Notes under the pieces: generated by a model | Seen by the model: only the letters and a program-made list of their open reading frames with translations | Database searches by the model: none | What the model was told of the DNA's origin: nothing | Made by a program: the position numbers and the translations under genes | Part shown: in pieces, positions 11,336 to 23,939 of the stretch | Layout: each line of letters begins with the position of its first letter | Position numbering within the stretch: position 1 is the first letter of the stretch | DNA from: Eutreptiella sp. 'Long Island Sound 2002' | Lineage: Eukaryota; Protista; Euglenida | Length of the DNA: 64,000 nt | Assembly (NCBI GenBank): GCA_964036045.1 | Contig: OZ038379.1 | Location: 4,836,001 to 4,900,000, forward strand | Reading direction: 5' to 3'

Positions 11336-14300
11336 CTGTGCGGTTTGCGCAGTCCGTGCACGTGTGCATGGGACCGCAGCGCCTCGTCTATTACAGCTCC
11401 TGAGCCGATCAGGCGGATGCCGCTGCCGGGCTCGTGAAAGGAATATAAACGCCGCCCCCCCCGGCCCCCTCGCTCCTGATGGGGTCGTCGAACCCCAGGG
11501 CTCGCGCAGCAGGGCCCACGGCGGCGCGCGGCGCCTCACGCTCGTTCATCGCGCCGCTCGCATCGCGTTGCAACTCCCCCTGTGCCCGGCCACAGGGACG
11601 AGTGACCAGTGTGTCCCCAGGGTGACCCTGCCGCTGTGTGTCCTGTGCGATGTGCGGAGGGTGCCGTGCCAGGAGGGGGCCTGGGGGCCAGAGGCGCGAA
11701 TCTGGTCTGGTCCATCAGATGGGCGTCTCAGCGAAAGGCAGAAAACGGGTGCGCTGCAAGCGCCGCGGTATATCGCCTGCACCCCCGTTTCACACTGACC
11801 GTCACACGCACCGCCGTCCACACCGTACGTCTGTCTGGGCACACACACGTCAACGCCTCGTTCCGGGTCACTGGCTCATTTTCCCACTCCCCCCCCAAAC
11901 CCTCCCTCCGTAAGGCAGACAGGTCCCGCCTTGTCACTGCTCGTCCCATTCTGGTGATTGCCCATGTCCCTTGCGTGTCCCGTAGCCGGGCTTCTTGGCT
12001 CCTGCTCTGTGTGCTGTGGTCCGGGTTGCCCGACCGGTGTTCACAGGAGGGAATGGGCTGCAAGGGACGCTGGGGGAGGCGGGGCACCAGCACCCACTGG
12101 AAATGAAATGCTGTGGATCACAAGACAACGATATTGATAAATCCTACCTTCCAGACTGTGGCATCATCCCCAGCCCGTGTTAGGACAAGGGGGAGGGGGG
12201 GGATGCGCGATGCCCAGTCTCTGACAAGCAGAAGGCCTCTGTGCTGGGCAACGGGACAGGCTCTGGCGCTCACTTTCCGCTGCAAACGATGCAGGCGGGG
12301 GTCAGCAGCCTGAGGCTGTGAGGCAGTGCACTGCACTGGCATGCAGTGGTGCGGACGCGGTGCTGGCGTAACGCGGGCTTGTCCAAACACGGCTACCCCG
12401 TGTTTCTGCTGCCTGAACCAGCGGTCACCCGGGGGCGGGGCGGGAGGGGGGCTGCCCAGTGCGCGCGAAGACGGAGCAATCACAAATCTTGTCCTGATAC
12501 GCCACCTGGCGTTCCACCTTCGCGATTCTGAGCGATACCTCCGTGATTTCAAGGCTGATGTTGCGCCCACTGCCACGCCACGCAGCAGCTTCTTCAGTGG
12601 ATGATGGTCGAGCCCCAGGCCCATACATCTGGTACGAATGAATGCGGTGAGGTTTGCTTTTGAGGCGGCCGCACGTAGATGGCGACAAAAGCTGCAGCAA
12701 CATGATGTGGTTCACCGGTGAGCCTGTGCCATCCGGGCGATCCATGTGTTCAGCGACCCGTGCGGCCTGGGCGGATTTGGGGTGGGTTTCAGTATTTCTC
12801 CACCAAGTGGCGGGGCCGCAGGTCGTGTGATGGCAGGGGACACGGTCGTTTGTTTGGCGAGGAATGGCATACGAAGTGCTGCCGGAGGGATGGGCTGCCG
12901 GTGCTGATGTGTCACCTGCGATAGGGCTGAGGCAGAGGCTCCTGCTTTGGAGCCTGTCTCTCTGCATTCTGCTGGAGTCAGGGCACGGGTTTGCGGATGT
13001 AGTTCATATCCTCAGATGTGTTTCGGGGGAGGGAGCCCGTTCGATCTGCGCAGAATGCGGCGTGCAGACACTGCCGTTCGGTTGTCCTCAGAAGGGGCAC
13101 ACAAAACTACGTCAGAGAACTCGGGTGCATTTGCCGGGCTGGCGGCCAGCACCATGCATTGCCACGAAAGCACCCACTCCCATCCCCACATGCAGATCTC
13201 AAGATGGATTGAACGGATTGCTGTCAGCATCGCTCCGAGGCATTCAGCCGCCCCCTTTTCGCGACTTGTTTGCTTTTAAGGAGTGCCTCAAAGGTCAACT
13301 TACCCCCTTTTGCGCAACGACCGCAACGACGGCTCCACCGTGGTATGAATCAAGTTTCGGATCAACATAAAAGACGGTGCACAATGTTCAGGGATTGCTG
13401 GAGCATATTCAGCATCTCTTTTGCTTTCAGTGTTTCGGGTTTCTTGGTTTGTTAATTTTTCCGCAATGCCTCAATAAGTGGCCCCGGTTGAAGTCGCTGT
13501 GGCGTTGCTGCTGAGGAATGATTTTCTTTGCAAACATATATGTGCTGGATCATGCATTTGGATTCATTTGTTCGGATCTTGCCACTGTTAAATCTTACAC
13601 AGCGAGTTCATCTTGAAGCATTTTTGAAGTTGCAATGACCGTTGATGTGTGCCATGGACGGCTCAGGTTGGTCTTCACCGGCGCTATCAAATTCTGGGGA
13701 ACGGAGGAGGAGCAGGGCGGAAGAAAAAGCTTGCACGGCAGGTGGGAGGAGGATGGGGTGAAGATGCGCATGTCTTTCTGACCATGTGTGCCTTGTGCCA
13801 TGATGTGTTTGTTGGTACACATGGCTGTGGCACAATTGCCTGGAAACTGCACCTCTGTGTTGGAAGTCCTCGGATGTTGATTTTCCCCAAGCACGGGGGC
13901 AGGGGGTTCAGTTCAGTTCCGGAACCCAACCCCCGCGGCGTGGGCAGGGGGTCCAGAGGGGGGGGGGGTCCAATTTTTGTCGGGGTTTGGGGGCCTTTTT
14001 GAACCCCCCGTTTCATTCGGAGCATTTTGAATAGACACAGGCCGAGGGGCATCCTTTTTCCCATTCACCACAAATACGGGGAATTTGGGGGGATTATGGG
14101 GAATATGGGGAAATGGGGGGATTCTGTGTGCCGGTCCACAAAGGCCAAAAAAAAGTTCCGGGAGCTCCTGGTGCCCAAGTCGGTTGTCCCTCATTGATCA
14201 TCGTTGCTGTGTGTGTGGGGTGGGGGGTCCTGAGGAGGGGGGGGGATCCGGCCCGACACGTGAAGCCCCCCCCTTTTGCGTACACCCAAGACTCCTGGTC

Positions 14301-16694
14301 TACGACATGTAGAAGGTCTCGGTAGGCGGACGGGGGGATGTCAGAGAGCATGCATTCGTGCACTGTGTGCCACTGGTGGACGCTGGTGTATACGCTTGGT
14401 ACAACTACAAACACCGTTTTCAAGTCAGATCAGACATGTCCGGCCCTCAGACGCCCTACACGGGGGCAGGCGCGCCAAGAGGGGCGGATAGTCGGTGTGC
14501 GGACCGTCGCCTGGACCCTCCAAGCGCCTCCGCCCTGGTTGGACTCTTTTGCCGGCTTTTGTCTTGCCCAACATCCAGAAGCCTCGCGCGCTCTGTGACC
14601 CGGGACATGCTGGTGCTTCTTTTGTTGCACACCGCGGCCGCTGTTTCGTTCTTCCCACATTGCTCGCACAAAACACAGGCGTTGTGGCACGACTGAGTTG
14701 AATACTCGCTGCACATGCCATATTGCTTTTCGTGCAGGGATGACAACAAAGAGAGCACACCAGTGCATGGCTCTAATATGATCCTTGTCCGTCGTCTTGA
14801 AGCCTAGTAAATGCGAATGATTTCGATTGAACTCCAGCATTTCTGGCCATTTTTCATCGATGCCCACTCGTGGGCTGAGGCTGCAGGCTGTGCCGAGATA
14901 CTACTTAACAATGCATCTTCAGAGCCTGAGTGTCTGCATTCTCAAGCCGGCATTAACAGCAGCAGCACGAAAGGATGGGGACTTTCAAATTCAACAACAA
15001 ATTTCGAACGAAGAGTACATGGCAAGATTGCAAGACACATGGCAGACATGGGGAAGTGTACGAGAACAAAGTCTCTGCCAAATGGCACACTACAAAAAAA
15101 AAGGGGTAGGGGCGCCACAATGACTTCACGATGAGCTTCTTAGAACCCTTCAAACACTCCCCCTCTTTGTGACCTTGGCCAAGAGGCATGGCCTGTGTTG
15201 GCCCAGGGAATATCAGGAAAGCCTCTGTGTGTTCCTTGATGTAGCGTCCTTCCATTGCATGTACTTTGCCATAAATTCGCACACAGGGTTTTGAGGTGCC
15301 GAAAATCTTGTGGCAGTGCTTTTTCATAGCCCGCACTTTTGAGTCTTCTCTGTAGGCATAGCACTCATCACGGGCGTTGGGATGCCCTGAGGGCACATAG
15401 TACCTTGCCGCATCGCACATCGCCCAACCATTTGCTAAAAGGGCTCAATGTGTTCGAGCCATCAGCCAGTAGGGGGCGAGCAAAGCTCTGAGTGTAGACA
15501 GGTTGTAGGTCACAATGTATATAGCAACCCAATGGATGGACAAGGCATAAAGAGGGTCTCAAACATGCTTTGCATGAGGTATTTGATCATTGTGGGTGGT
15601 CAGAATATTGAAAACTCAATTTTGGATTTTTCAATTTTTGAGGATGAGAACTGCACTAGCAGGTTGTGCAGCCATCCCTTGTGAAGGACTCCCACCCAAT
15701 GGGGGGGGGGGGGCGTTCCAAGGTACATGCACCCCACCCTCTTCGCGGTGCCTTGCCGCAGGCAATGGATTTTTTTCCTGGGCTGCAGGGGTGCCAACAG
15801 TCTGGGCGAACGACTGCTCCCTCGTTTGCTGGAACACAGTGTCCAACAACGTCCTCTGTAAGCAGTGAAACATTGCTGGTGTTTCTGCAAGTGCGTGGGG
15901 GATACCAAGTCCCAAGGGTAGAAGGAAATTTGGCTGGCACCCAAAGTGTTTGCACCGCATGAAGTGCTGCACAGCCACCATGCAATTTCAACACACCTGC
16001 CTGAAATCCCCTACATAGAGTCCATTGCACTACCTGCATGTGGCTATGAGCAGCAGGAAAAGCAATGCATTTTATCCTTGTCATTGTTGAAGCCAGGGTC
16101 ACCCCTGTTTTCAAGGCCCTCCGTTTTCGCAGTGTGGCAAGAGGGCACATCCCTGGGATGTGTGCCTTCATGCACCCAGGGAACATACAGGTGCAGTTCA
16201 AATGAACACTGCAGTTAGCACACTGGTGAGGAACAATGTGTGCCAATGGAAGGGCCATTGAAGCAATGTGAAGAAGGAGGGGGCGTTGAAGCAATGTGAA
16301 GAAGGAGGGGGCGGGGCTCACATGTCCAAACTCTCCAGTCCAAAATTCTGTCCATGGTGGCCTTCTGATCCCCCCGCCCCCCCCAGAAACCTGCCCTTTT
16401 CACTGCAACATATCTTCCTCAAAATGATCATTGTGATGTGGCGATGATTTTGAGGAAATCTGAGGGGGCAAGAATTCCCTTCTTGGGGAGGTCAGGAGCC
16501 ACTGGATATTTGGGCCCAAAAGTGTCTCAACCCCACCCACCGACCCCTTGCCTTTGCGTGGGTTCAATCCAGTAGCTCTTGGCAGGTGGCTGTGTTAAAC
16601 AAGGTTAGCCTACCAAAGGTCCCAACTACACCTTCGCTTAGCTCATTTAATTAGGTCTCCCCCACCTACCCTCACCCGTGGGGTTCATTTTGAC

Positions 16695-17753
16695 AAAAAT
16701 ACAGTCCGAACGGAAGTGTTTGTTGGACATGGAGGGGGGGGGGCGTGACCAGCCAACCGCGCACGGGACAGTCCATGTAGTACGGAGATGTGAAACCCTT
16801 GTACGGGGGGGCAGGCGGGTGGGACAGGAGGGGGTGCGCGACAGGGGCACCCAGGAGCGCCACCAGACAGGGGGAGGAGCGACACAGACACACAGAACGC
16901 GGGAGCCACACCAGGAGGGACAAGGGCGAGCACAGCAAACAAGGAGGAGGGGCACAGCAAGGCAGCAGAGGCAACCAGAACAGCGGGAACAGGGAACCAG
17001 AATGGAGTGGATGGCAGAGTGTGCGCATGGGAGGCAGCGATAACAAAGGGGCTGGCTGGCTCGGCCAGCCAGCCCCGTCGCTACCGGGTGCCAGGGCAAC
17101 CCCTGCTCAACTGGCATAAGGTGGGGGATGTCTCCCGCAGCCCAAATGGGCTGTTTGCGCAGCAGGAGGGGGAGCCCATCAGGGGCAGACCAGCCGTCAG
17201 GGGGAAAAGGACATATGGTGGACGGTCGGGACAGGGCGTGGAAGAACACAGCGAGGCAGGCTACGAACCGCCTGTGGACAGAGGCGCGTGGACAGCAAAA
17301 ATAGTCAAACAACCCCGGCAACAACAACCAGCACATCCTCAATACGCCAACTATTGGGCGCCGCTGACGCGCAAACGGCACACCATGCCACATTCAGCAC
17401 AGCCCCAACACACCAACCACTGGGCTCCGCGAACGTGGAAACAACACCAGCAAGAGCACCGGCCGCAGCGGCCGACAGAAAGCAGCGACCCGACGCAACA
17501 TGCGAAGGGCAGAACGGGTGACTGTCCAGGGCCCCGTAAAGGAACAACAACCAGACGGAATGTCACACAGGGGGGGGGGGGAGGGATTCAAACTCCACCA
17601 GTGTCCTTGCGTACCGTACCCACACCTTCACAAGGGCATAATGCCCATCCGCTGGTGGCAATGTTTTCGGCTTCACCTTGCGGCTCTCTGAGGACCTAAT
17701 TAATTAGCCCCCCCCGGTGTCCAACGAACACTTCTGTTCGGGCCGTATTTTTT
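16695..17753. mobile_element. Composite element bounded by inverted repeats of about 33 bp
   Basis: aaaatacagtccgaacggaagtgtttgttggac at the left, near-perfect reverse complement at 17719-17753; another copy of the end motif at about 21588-21620. Confidence 0.55.
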
Positions 17754-18637
17754 GAGGACCTAATTATTTAGCCACTTAATTAGGTAACTGGGCTCCAGAA
17801 CCGCGGTTTCAGGCTCATGCTTTGGGCAAATGAGAGGCTATTGTGATGTATCTTGCAGTAATGGTGGGCAAATTTGCAAATTAGGTTGTGAGGTAATGGT
17901 GTCCCTCAACTACAGGACCTCTGTTGCCCACCATGACTGATTCTCTGCTTGCACCGGGCCGGGAGGTGCTATACAAGCTGTACCACCACTTCTGCCCGTG
18001 GCAAGAACAAGAAGGGCCCCAAGCCCGGGGAGCATGTTCAACTTTTCCGCATGAAGCGGGACCTCAACAAGGGCTTCTACTCTCACAAGTGCTAAGTGGA
18101 GGCCTCCATCACATTTTGCTCTGAATGGGCTGGGTAGTTTGTGCCTAGGGATGAGTTACTGCCGTTTCACCATATTGTTGCGCGCACCGAACGGTGTCGA
18201 ACAGTCCTGTTTGGACTGTTTTTGTTAAGGACAAAATTGTTCGTTGGACACGGGGGGCGGGAGTGATGATCCGCCCCCAATGGGGGGGGGGGGGTGCCAA
18301 AGGGCAGAAGCACCACTGGTGAGCAGAGGGACAACTGCTCCACCTCACTTCCCAAAAATTCTTTTACCTGCTGGCTTGGGACAAACAAAGGAGACCAGTT
18401 CTGCCTAAACACTGAAACCGGTGTGTACACCCGGAAGTACCAACCAGCGTATTTGCTCAGCCCCCCCCCCCCCCCCTACCAATCTTTCCCTAACTTCCAA
18501 ATGCCTCCCATTCAACAACCACAGGGTTTGGTTGTGCACCCCAAAGCGGTGAGAGTGCCCAAGAAAGACAAGTGGGCACACATCTTACCATGATGCTGCA
18601 GACCATTGCACAAAAAACAAATCAGGGTTGGGATGTT

Positions 18638-19015
18638 GCATCCGTGGATGGATCACCAGAAGAGAGGGGTGGGGGGGGGGGGGCTTAGAGTTTGCTGGAT
18701 ATGGCATTTGGTTTGGGGAAGGAGACAGTCGTAATGAACAGGCCCCGAAACCAAACGTCAATCAATCACCAGGGCTGAGCTCACAGCAGCTCACAGTAGC
18801 CCTGCGGGCACTGCAGAAAAATTCCCCAGGACAGCCACTGCATCTAGTGACCGATTCAGAATTAGTCTATGTTGGACTCATGAGCAAATGTGAAAAGTGG
18901 TGTCGACACAAGTGGGTGGGACTGAGGGGCCCACTGGCTCATGTTGACCTATGGTCTGATCTGTGGTCCCGATGGCAACTCTTACCATCACATGTGGCAC
19001 ACCCAAATTCATTCT
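18638..19015 (+). mobile_element. Degenerate RNase H1-type domain, probably retroelement-derived
   Basis: ASVDGS, then a poly-G shift, then AGYGIWFGEGDSRN; RAELTA in a shifted frame; LVTDSE; W...W....HVDLW; LPSHV. Confidence 0.8.
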
Positions 19016-20084
19016 CATGCATGGGAGGAGGTGCCTGAGGGGCAGGGGCAGTGGACGTGGTGTTGGAACAGGAAGTAGACGACTGGGCTGGCAGGTTTCT
19101 CTGCTCCAGGGCCCGCTCCGCCACTGCACGAGCATCTGGCTTCCTGGCACCACAGCGCTGCAACGATACCTGCCTACGGCCGCTGGCCAAGCAGCAAAAC
19201 ATGTCCCAAACTGCACAAAAACTAGTGCAGGGAAGGTTTCGGCACCGATGTGAAAACCACACGCAGTTGTCCCCCTCCCTGTACCCAACTACAAGTAGAA
19301 CCATCCTTTGCAGCCGATTTGGTGCATGCTGGGCAAGTGTGTGCCAGCTGCCCTGCTAATTTTGTTGGAAACCTGGACATCTTGTATACTAAGCAGTCGA
19401 GGTTTGTGGCACTGAAGGATGAGAGAAATTCCACGACTGTACATGTGTATGTCAGGCATGTGAACAGCGCGTCAGCCCAAGCCAACCCCTCCCCAGGAGC
19501 ACAATGCCCTCGTCACAACAGCATGAAGTGTTGTTCCGTAACTTTTGAAACCGTGGTATTCAGTGGTTCCTTTTGCTGTTGGTCTGTGAAGACCAAGTTT
19601 TGTCTGCGATTCGAGGCTCACTGTGTTGCCACTTCTTGCCCCTCCGTACGCGACGTTGATGCACCTCCGTAGACGTGGCTGTGTGGGCCTCAATGATACA
19701 TTGCTGCTTGTGTCACCGTGTGCGCAAACAATGTTGTTGTCAGAACAGCAGGACGCGATGTTCCCGTCATTTTCAGTGCTTTTACTGTTGTTCTCGCAAG
19801 GGGGGAGGGGATAGGTTTGGCAGCAGCACTGGTTGCATTGATTGCATACAGGTCCAATGGGAAACGGACATTGGAGTTTGAGGTGACGCCCAGCATCAAC
19901 AACCCATCTGGAGGGATCCAACTGGTGTACTGTGCTAGTTGCCGGCACGGGGCATTCATGTTCTATGCACGTACGCCAGGCATGCTGCAGGGTCTGACCT
20001 TTTCCATGTTGAAGCCTGAGTCAATGGACTGGGCAGGAGTGTAAATTGTTGGGACATGACATGCAAGTGAGTGCCTGCCATGCC

Positions 20085-20270
20085 TCGTACATCTTTGCCG
20101 GCGGTGCTCAGGGCAATCCACACTTTGTCCTGCGCTGTCTCAGCTCCACAGGCTTCATGCCATGCCTCTTCGCTGTTGTTGTGCATGCAAGAAGCTGAAG
20201 GACAAAGATGTGGAATTCTCCCGAGATCCACAGAGCTGGACGTGTGATGCCTGTTTTCCAGGAATTAGTA
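20085..20270 (+). pseudogene. Decayed PHD-finger-like Cys cluster downstream of the RNase H remnant
   Basis: LCRRC...(GF)H...C...WTCDAC spacing, requiring one frameshift. Confidence 0.35.
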
Positions 20271-21700
20271 CAACGTCATATCCAGTGATTTCCGGAAGGG
20301 CTGCGGTGGTATGCAGTGTGGCCGGTTTGAAGGGCGGTGATGTAGTTTGATTGCACCCGGGCCTCATCCACAACAGTTCGGAGGTTGAGCAGGCCTTTGC
20401 TCAGTCGGGAAGGGGGGGGGGAAGGACTGGTTCCTAGTGAGCCCCCCCCCCCCCCCCAAAAGAAACAATGGCAAAATGCGAAAAATGCCTGGAAACGCAG
20501 CGCACCACCAATCACTTGGTAACACTTGGGGATCCGCCACCCCCCGGCCCCTGTGTTGCACTTCCCACATCATTTGTGGTGGTGGGCACCCTCCGAACTT
20601 CACGGTCTTGGGAATGACTGAGTGTGTGACGCATTGCCGGCGCCGGCGTGGGGCTGAAGCAGCGCTTGTGAGGAGAGGGACCGCTGCCCCACTCTCACCA
20701 CCAAACGCACTTTCCCCCAGTGGCTGGGGACAAGTACTGTACACGATTTCCTCCTGAACGCCCAAACCGGTGCGTCCACCCGGGCATACCAAGTGCATGT
20801 AGGCTGTTGATTTCAGTGCATTTGTGGGTTCCATCCATTTCCACGCCATATCATCACCAAGATAATGCCTTGCACAGATGTCCCACTCAAGAGAGATTGA
20901 TAGTTCTGCGGGTTTCGTGGAGGTGACGCCTTGTCTCAGCGACACCTGTCGGGTACTGTTATTCATTGTGGGGCCGAAGCGGCGCCAAAGGCTCTTTACC
21001 ACGTGCTCCCACTGGGACACAGGGATAAAGATCCAACAGCCTTCAAGCCCAAGGCCTATCCATGAACAAATGCACACACACACACACACACACACTCTCT
21101 CTCTCTCTCTCTCGCCGAAGCATTGTATGCGGTAGTAGGACAGGGGGTGGGGGTGAGCCGTGAGAAAGTGGCCGGGTCCATCTCTGTTGCCGAAAGGCGC
21201 TGGGTCGTGGTGAGCTGACCGATATGTGAAACAATGGCAGCCCAGGGGACAGGGTAGGGGGGCCAGTCATGGGGGCGGGGGGAGGTAGCGCTGTGTGGAT
21301 TCGGTGCTTCAGCTGAATTGTGTGTTCAATTTTTTTTTTCAGGGGGTCATGGTTCTCATGGGTATGCGACGTGGGTGGTAGCAACAGGGCCCGCAGTGGA
21401 AACTGACCCCTCCAGAATGCAGTGTCCCGCGGTCAGGGTGCAGCTGCCTGGCCTGACAAGGGCAGCGGGCATCATTGTGGAGGGCCACTATCTCTTTTAC
21501 AGGGCTCAGGCGCAGTCAGCTCCAATGGCACGGCGCACGCTGCCTCGTTTGATACGCCGCTGGTATGTGCTGCTGCCTTAAATAAAAAAATACAGTCCGA
21601 ACGGAAGTGTTCGTTGGAACTGGGGGGGGGGGGAGCGGAGTGGCCCCAAAATGTAATCACACTCTGCCCCCAGCCCACTACTGTCGAAATAGGGATTTTA

Positions 21701-22278
21701 CGACGCGTCGGGCCCCGACACCTCCCGACGCGTCGTACATCCCCGACGCGTCGGGCCCCGACACCTTGTACGACACTGTACGACGCGTCGTACAGTGTCT
21801 TAAGCAACACTCTGCCCCCCCCCCTCTCTTAAGCAACACTCTGCCCCCCCCCCCCCCCCCTCTCTTAAGCAACACTCTGCCCCCCCCCTTCTATTAAGCA
21901 ACACTCTGCACAGGGGGAGGGCGGTCTGGGGTCTGTAGACACTGTGCACCACAGGTAGACGCGGCCTGCTAATTGTAGACACTGTCGGCATGTTGTAGAC
22001 GCGAAGTGCCAATATTTGGGAAGGGGGCCGAAGGCCCCCTTCCCCCAAGACGGTCCGCTGCCATCGTTTACCCGCCTAGAGGGGGAGGGCGGTCGTACTA
22101 TGTCGTACTGTGTCGTACGGTGTTGGTGCTGTACGACACCTTGTACGACACTGTACGACGCGTCGTACATCCCCGACGCGTCGGGCCCCGACGCCTTGTA
22201 CGACACTGTACGACGCGTCGTACGCTCCCGACGCGTCGGGCCCCGACGCCTTGTACGACGCCCCGACGCGTCGTACAA
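21701..22278. repeat. Two blocks of CGACGCGTCG-palindrome repeats (21701-21795, 22125-22278)
   Basis: Nine CGACGCGTCG copies counted; a 4-copy ttaagcaacactctgc(c)n array lies between the blocks. Confidence 0.9.
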
Positions 22279-23939
22279 TGCATTTCCGACAGCACTCCCC
22301 CAGCCACCCCAGTTTCACTCATACTTTTGTTTCATTCGTTGTCAATCCGATTCCAGATTTGACCACCAAATTCTATTGTATAGAAAAAAGTTGTTCAGGA
22401 CCCGGGTCCAAATCCACACACAGCGGCTGCAATATGCAAAGAAGTTTTGACCCCCCCCCCCCCCACCCCCCAAAAGGGGTACCCAGGTACAGGGGTAGGG
22501 GGGTCAAAATCAAAAAATTCATTGGGGGATCATTTTCTGTCCCAAAATGATGATTTTACAAGGGTTCAGACGCTGATACCATATCTTAGGCCCAGCCACT
22601 TGGCCAGCCCAGGGCCATCACGGACCCCGTACGGGCATGCTGTGGGCGCCCCCCCTTGGTACGCCATTTTGTCGGTCGTATTGCCGGGCAGGGCAGCCGC
22701 CAAACCGCCAGACATCACAGCAGCAATACCCACGGGCCATTCCCAAGAAGTTGGCCCCAGGGCATGCCACGGATGTGCCACACATCGGCATATTGTATTT
22801 GGACCCCCTAACCCATGGCGGGGTCCAGGGTCCAAACTCTGGGTACTCCCGGGCCGCCCCCCCATATTGCCCATTGCCGGTGAGGACTTAGCCGTTTGCA
22901 CATGCGACAGGCTGTATAGTGGCACCTGAAATTTTTTTCAAAATTCAACTTTCTCCACTTGCTCCCGCCCGTCAGATGGTTGTCCGAATTACACTGTGCA
23001 CGTGCCTTGAGGGCAGGGAGGGTACAGGGAACCAGCCAAACCCTTCTGTCGCCACTGGGATGGGTTTGGGTGATCATTTGGTGACAATACGGGGACTTGA
23101 GCACCCATGGGGTCTCATGTAGTTGCTACTAGGCCCCCACAGCCAGGGCCGTGGGCCTCTTGAAACCCCCGACATTGCTGTTTGTAGGCAGTTCCAGGCA
23201 CCTGGGCACCTGATGAGCAGTTTCCCACCCTCTACAGCTCAAAAATGGAAAATCTTCAAGTTTTTTTCTGATATTCTGACCATTCAAAATGATCAAATAC
23301 CCTATACAAAGCATGTTTTAGACCCTCTTTATGTGTTTTTCACCCTATTTGGGTGTTTGGACGGGGGCAAGGGGCTGGGGCACAACCTGCTTATGCAGTT
23401 TTCCACCCTCGGCAGCTCAAAAATGGAAATATCCAAACCCGATTCTTTTGATATTCTGACCATTCACAATGATCATATCTCCTATGTAAAGCATGTTTTG
23501 GCCCCTCTTTTTTTTTCCGCCCTCTTTGGGTGTTTGCATGGGGGTGGGGGCCTTCTGAGTGATTTCGTGACTAACTGGGACCTAATGAGTTAGGTACTGA
23601 GCTCCAGAACTGCGGTTTCAGGCTGAAGATCTGGGGAAACCAGGGGCTGTTGCGATGTATCTTGCAGTAATGGTGGGCAAATTTGTAAAGCACGTTGTGA
23701 GGGAATGTTGTCCGTCAACTACAAGACCTCTATAGCCCACCATGACTTCCCCCAAGCCCGTTCTTGTGGGGTTATCTCCTGACATTTTGGGGAGGGGGAT
23801 TGGACAGGTTGGCAATATCAATATTCCACTTTTCGTCTAGCATGATGTGGCCCCAGACAATGTTTTGCATAGCACAAGTTGTTGGGTATCAAGGAGATTT
23901 CGCAAGAGGGTAGTCATGGCAAGGGCACTGGTGCATGAC

